From Isurus oxyrinchus (lineage: Eukaryota): a DNA stretch of 64,000 nt. The position numbers and the translations under genes are program-made. Of this stretch, positions 60,379-64,000 are shown piece after piece. Within the stretch, counting starts at the first letter, position 1. Each line of letters starts with the position of its first letter. The notes beneath the pieces were generated by a model. It was not told the origin of the DNA. It was given only the letters and a program-made list of their open reading frames with translations, and searched no databases. Location: the NCBI GenBank assembly GCA_026770705.1, contig JANJGN010000036.1, positions 2,666,001 to 2,730,000 on the forward strand, in the 5' to 3' direction.

Positions 60379-63344
60379 GATTGAGGGAGACTGCTTCTCC
60401 ATTTTGGTTTGCTGCACAAACACGGGTACAAATGATCCATTTATGCAGCGACACAGGCACATTTCAAGAAAGGGAGAATGGCGAAATAGCAGTCTGTAAA
60501 TAAACTGCAAAGGCTTTCCTTCCTTTGACGACTAGGTTTTTACAAAGATAACAGAAGTCACGCCAAGAGCAGCAGCTGGGCCGTTGTACAAGCAAGTGGT
60601 GACTGCGGGAGGACCAGACAATATAGAATGACATGAGGAGGGGTAGAGCAGGAGGGGGAAACAGCAGCAGCCACAATCTCTGTGAAAGAATCCCTGCTGA
60701 ACAAATGTTAAACTCTGATGGAACTATTATTCTCCTCTTTAAAAAATTAGCCTCCTTTTGGAGCTCGGCTAACATTTGGGCACTCCTTCCAATCTCTCAT
60801 ATCCGGTACTTCTTCATTCTTCATGTTCCTTGTTATCGGGCCCCAAAAGCTCGTGTTTTGTTCAAATTTCACCCCTTCCCCCTCCCTTTTCTACACTTAC
60901 ACTTTACACTTTCCAGTCACATTAAAATGACCTGGCCGCTTGGTACCCCAAATTAACATGAGATCTCGGAGTTTAAAAACAGAGACAGATGTGCATTTCT
61001 ATAGCGCCTTTGGCGCCCTCAGTGCATCCCTTAGCAATTGGCCGTCAATTAAGTTATTTTTTGAGATGTCATTTCCGTTGTAATGTGCGAAACGCATAAG
61101 CCAATTTGTGCAGAGCAATTCGCACAACCATCATCATGACAATGGACAGATTTGACAGCCGGGTAAATTTTGGTCCCAGGACACCGAGGAGGTTTTCACC
61201 CCCGACTGCACGTCTTCCAATGGCGGCTGTGGGATCTTTTGCATGCAACTGAGATGGCTGACAGGCTCGCATTTCTAAATCGCGCCCGAGAAACAGTTCC
61301 TTCCCAAGTGCATCCCTTTCTCAGTACTCATACTGAAAGCATCACTCGCTAAGTGGGCATGAACCCATAAGCTACTTATTCAAAGTTGAGGGATGTACCA
61401 TCTAAGCCGTAAGTCAAAGCCAGCCAGCATCCTGGATTTATCAGTTTAAATCAATGAAAGTCCTCAATACTTTGATATTGCTAAAATCAATTTGCGGGGG
61501 CAATGTTGATTTGGAATGATAGTGAATTCTGGGAAACATCTGTTCAATTTCCTGCTCTATATTGAAGGTAAGAAAGGAATTAAGAAAGTGTCTAACTGCG
61601 GAATGATCCATTTATCCCTTATACAGACCATTTTCCAAAGTTAAAATTCTTATTTTTTAATATTTATTCACAGGATATGGGCATCGATGGCGAGGCAAAC
61701 ATTTGTTTCCTTATTGCCGCAGAGAAAGTGATGGTGAGCCGGGTCCTTGAAACAATGCAGTCCCTGTGGTGAAAATGGTCCACAAATCCGTTAGAAAAGG
61801 AGTTCCAGGATTTTGAACCAGCGATGAAGGAGGAAATATATCCATGTCTCGCTATCGTACAACTTGCAGATTGTGGTGCCCTCTTTGGCCCCTGTCCTTG
61901 GAGGTAGTAGACGTTTCAGGTTTGGAATGTGCTGTCGAAAGGACCTTGGCGAGTTGCTGCAGTGCAACTTGTTGATGCTACACGCTGAAGTCACTGGGAT
62001 TCGGTGCTGGAGAGGGTGAACGTTTGAGGTTTTGGATGAGGTGTCGCTCAAGCAGACTGGCCCAGGGACAGACTGGGTAAGAATCTCATACCTAGGAAAC
62101 AGATTGAAATGAGCAACATTGACATAACTAATCAAGAGAAAACACCCATAAGTTTCCTGTCTAACAGGTGATTAATTAAATGGAACTTATTTTACACCTT
62201 TTCTGAATGTTCAAATGACCCCCTTTGCTGCTGTAGAGAAGTGATGGAAACACCTGAATCGTTCGATAACTAACCTCCCGTTAACTGGGTACCGTATGAA
62301 GTGGGCGGATTGGAAAACTTAATCTTTCCTCTAGACAGAGTTAACTTTTCTCAGTGAAGGTCAGAAAGTCTATGCAGTTTGAAGCGTGTTGAAGTACCTC
62401 AGGGCGCCACATACCGTTTTGAAAGAGATAGAACAGCATTGCACTTTATCACAAAGCGAAACAACCATGTTATGTAGCTTAGCATATGGAATGAAAAAAG
62501 TATATTTTTGGACCACTAAAGGATTACACAGTTTGCAGTGGTTTGCTGCACTACAGGACGTTAGTTGATGTTTGTCTCATTGTGCATCCCTCGGAACGGC
62601 AAGATGAAGCCCAGACTCCTTCTCGCCAAAGTCCACCCTCTCTCTTTCCACAGCTGCTTCGCAAAGACAAATTGCAGCATTTAGCCGGCCCTCTTCTCCA
62701 TTTAATCGCAGGCCGATCGTTTTTTATTTTAATTTCCCCCCCTTCCCTGTTCATTGTTTGAAACTTGGAAAGTGAGTAAAACTTTGTAGCTCTGGTCTGA
62801 AGCATTAAGTCAGTGAGATCACACAGAAAGACAAAGAGTTAGTCAGGTCTTTGAATTACAAAGACCTGTCTTGTAAATGTCAACTCTATTTGTAAACGTG
62901 GTGATCAACCTACTTTATTGGAAGAAATTAATTTGGATTACATCTTATGGAATGTCAGATATTAAGGGTTGCCTAAGCACTTTTATAAATTTTCATTAAT
63001 AAAGTGTATTTTTTGAGAAAGAAATACTTTTCTGCAAATCCCTCAACCCCTGACAAAGTCTCATGTCTCCCGCCTGATAAGTCTTCAAAATTATTTGATT
63101 TTTTGCATATGGATTTGCAAGGATTTATTGATCGGTTTTGAGTTCAGTGAAACTTTGCTCACTTCCACATCTCCTCCTTGGAAAATACACCAGATTTAGT
63201 CCAGTTGAAATGATTTGCGAAAGTAAAGTTCCTTTTTGTCCTCTAACTGGCTGCTGAAGTTTGGAAATTGCAACGCAAATGCGGTGGGTTCTTTGGCAAA
63301 TCTTTTCTCCTGCACAATTCATCAGAGTGAGTTCACCCGGATTC

Positions 63345-63422
63345 TCATCTGCCACCTAACTTTTTTGATCTATTTCCCAATGCAGCAAACTCCAGGGAGG
63401 CTAAGTGAGGTCCTCCCCGAGA
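63345..63422 (-). pseudogene. Family-B terminal exon (B4); remainder right of the window
   Basis: SRGGPHLASLEFAALGNRSKKLGGR*; acceptor mutated (tac); Tyr lost. Confidence 0.75.
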
Positions 63423-64000
63423 GTAGGAAACATACTAAACATTACCATTAAAAGGAAATAAAAGACATTTCAGGTAATTTATATTCCTCCATAATTTAGC
63501 AAAGTCTTACGAGATTTTCTATGCGTCATGTTAAAAAATACCGAGATCTACCTCCACACTGAAGTTTTCGCTGCGTTGATGTTCCTGCCATTTGACTTTG
63601 ATATTGTCCTCCCTCTTGGTGATTCCCTGATGATTTACCCCCTGCCTTGCAGTATCTGCGGTCCGCCAGCAGAGGGCCAGATTGTATCACTTTAATCAAA
63701 GGATGGAGCATCATCTTCACCTTGTTCTTGTTTTGTGATGGAGAAGCATGTTTGCGGAGAAGGCGTTTGGCCCTTTTTAATTCATTCATTCGTCCAGAGA
63801 CAAAAGATCACCCATTGCCACCACCCCTGCTGCTTCAGACATGACTTTAGGCTTTTCAACTCCAATGCCAAATAAGTTCCAGAACTGAAATTTTATATTT
63901 TTTGCCCTGGAATTATTTTCCTCTTTAGGTATTTATCTGAATTCCATTTGACAGACAATAATGATCGGCCCAGGCTTGGAGGGCCGAAGGGCCTGTTCCT

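Noticed and set aside
61516-61567. Leader-like phase-1 exon MIVNSGKHLFNFLLYIE|gtaag (degenerate paralog near 9830-9881)
   Set aside because: Weak hydrophobic core and no intact downstream exon found; cannot be supported.

Overview
Vertebrate genomic DNA. The CR1/L2-type LINE debris and Penelope-type hairpin repeats suggest a cartilaginous fish (inference). The window has three N gaps and contains a birth-and-death cluster of two related families of non-rearranging antigen-receptor-like IgSF genes. Each gene is built as leader / germline-joined VJ exon / C1-set exon / TM exon / short cytoplasmic exons ending in one Tyr motif. Family A: one fully intact gene (A2, + strand, 35387-39782, 6 exons, 303 aa, FGNG J motif, tail TLYARL) and three relics (A0, A1, A3). 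Family B: one near-intact gene (B1, - strand, 12011-20408, 8 exons, tail PLYASL, a single 1-nt deletion at the end of the C1 exon), two full-length pseudogenes (B2, B3) and orphan terminal exons at about 0.3, 8.9 and 63.4 kb. B and A genes sit head-to-head twice (B1/A1 relic and B2/A2). Both families have a juxtamembrane Cys and homologous C1 domains. The leading hypothesis is a germline-encoded, two-chain TCR/Ig-like receptor with inhibitory and activating variants. Tandem and inverted segmental duplications built the cluster. Exon coordinates were derived by hand from splice sites, phase and cross-copy comparison. Gene names (A0-A3, B0-B4) are my own labels.
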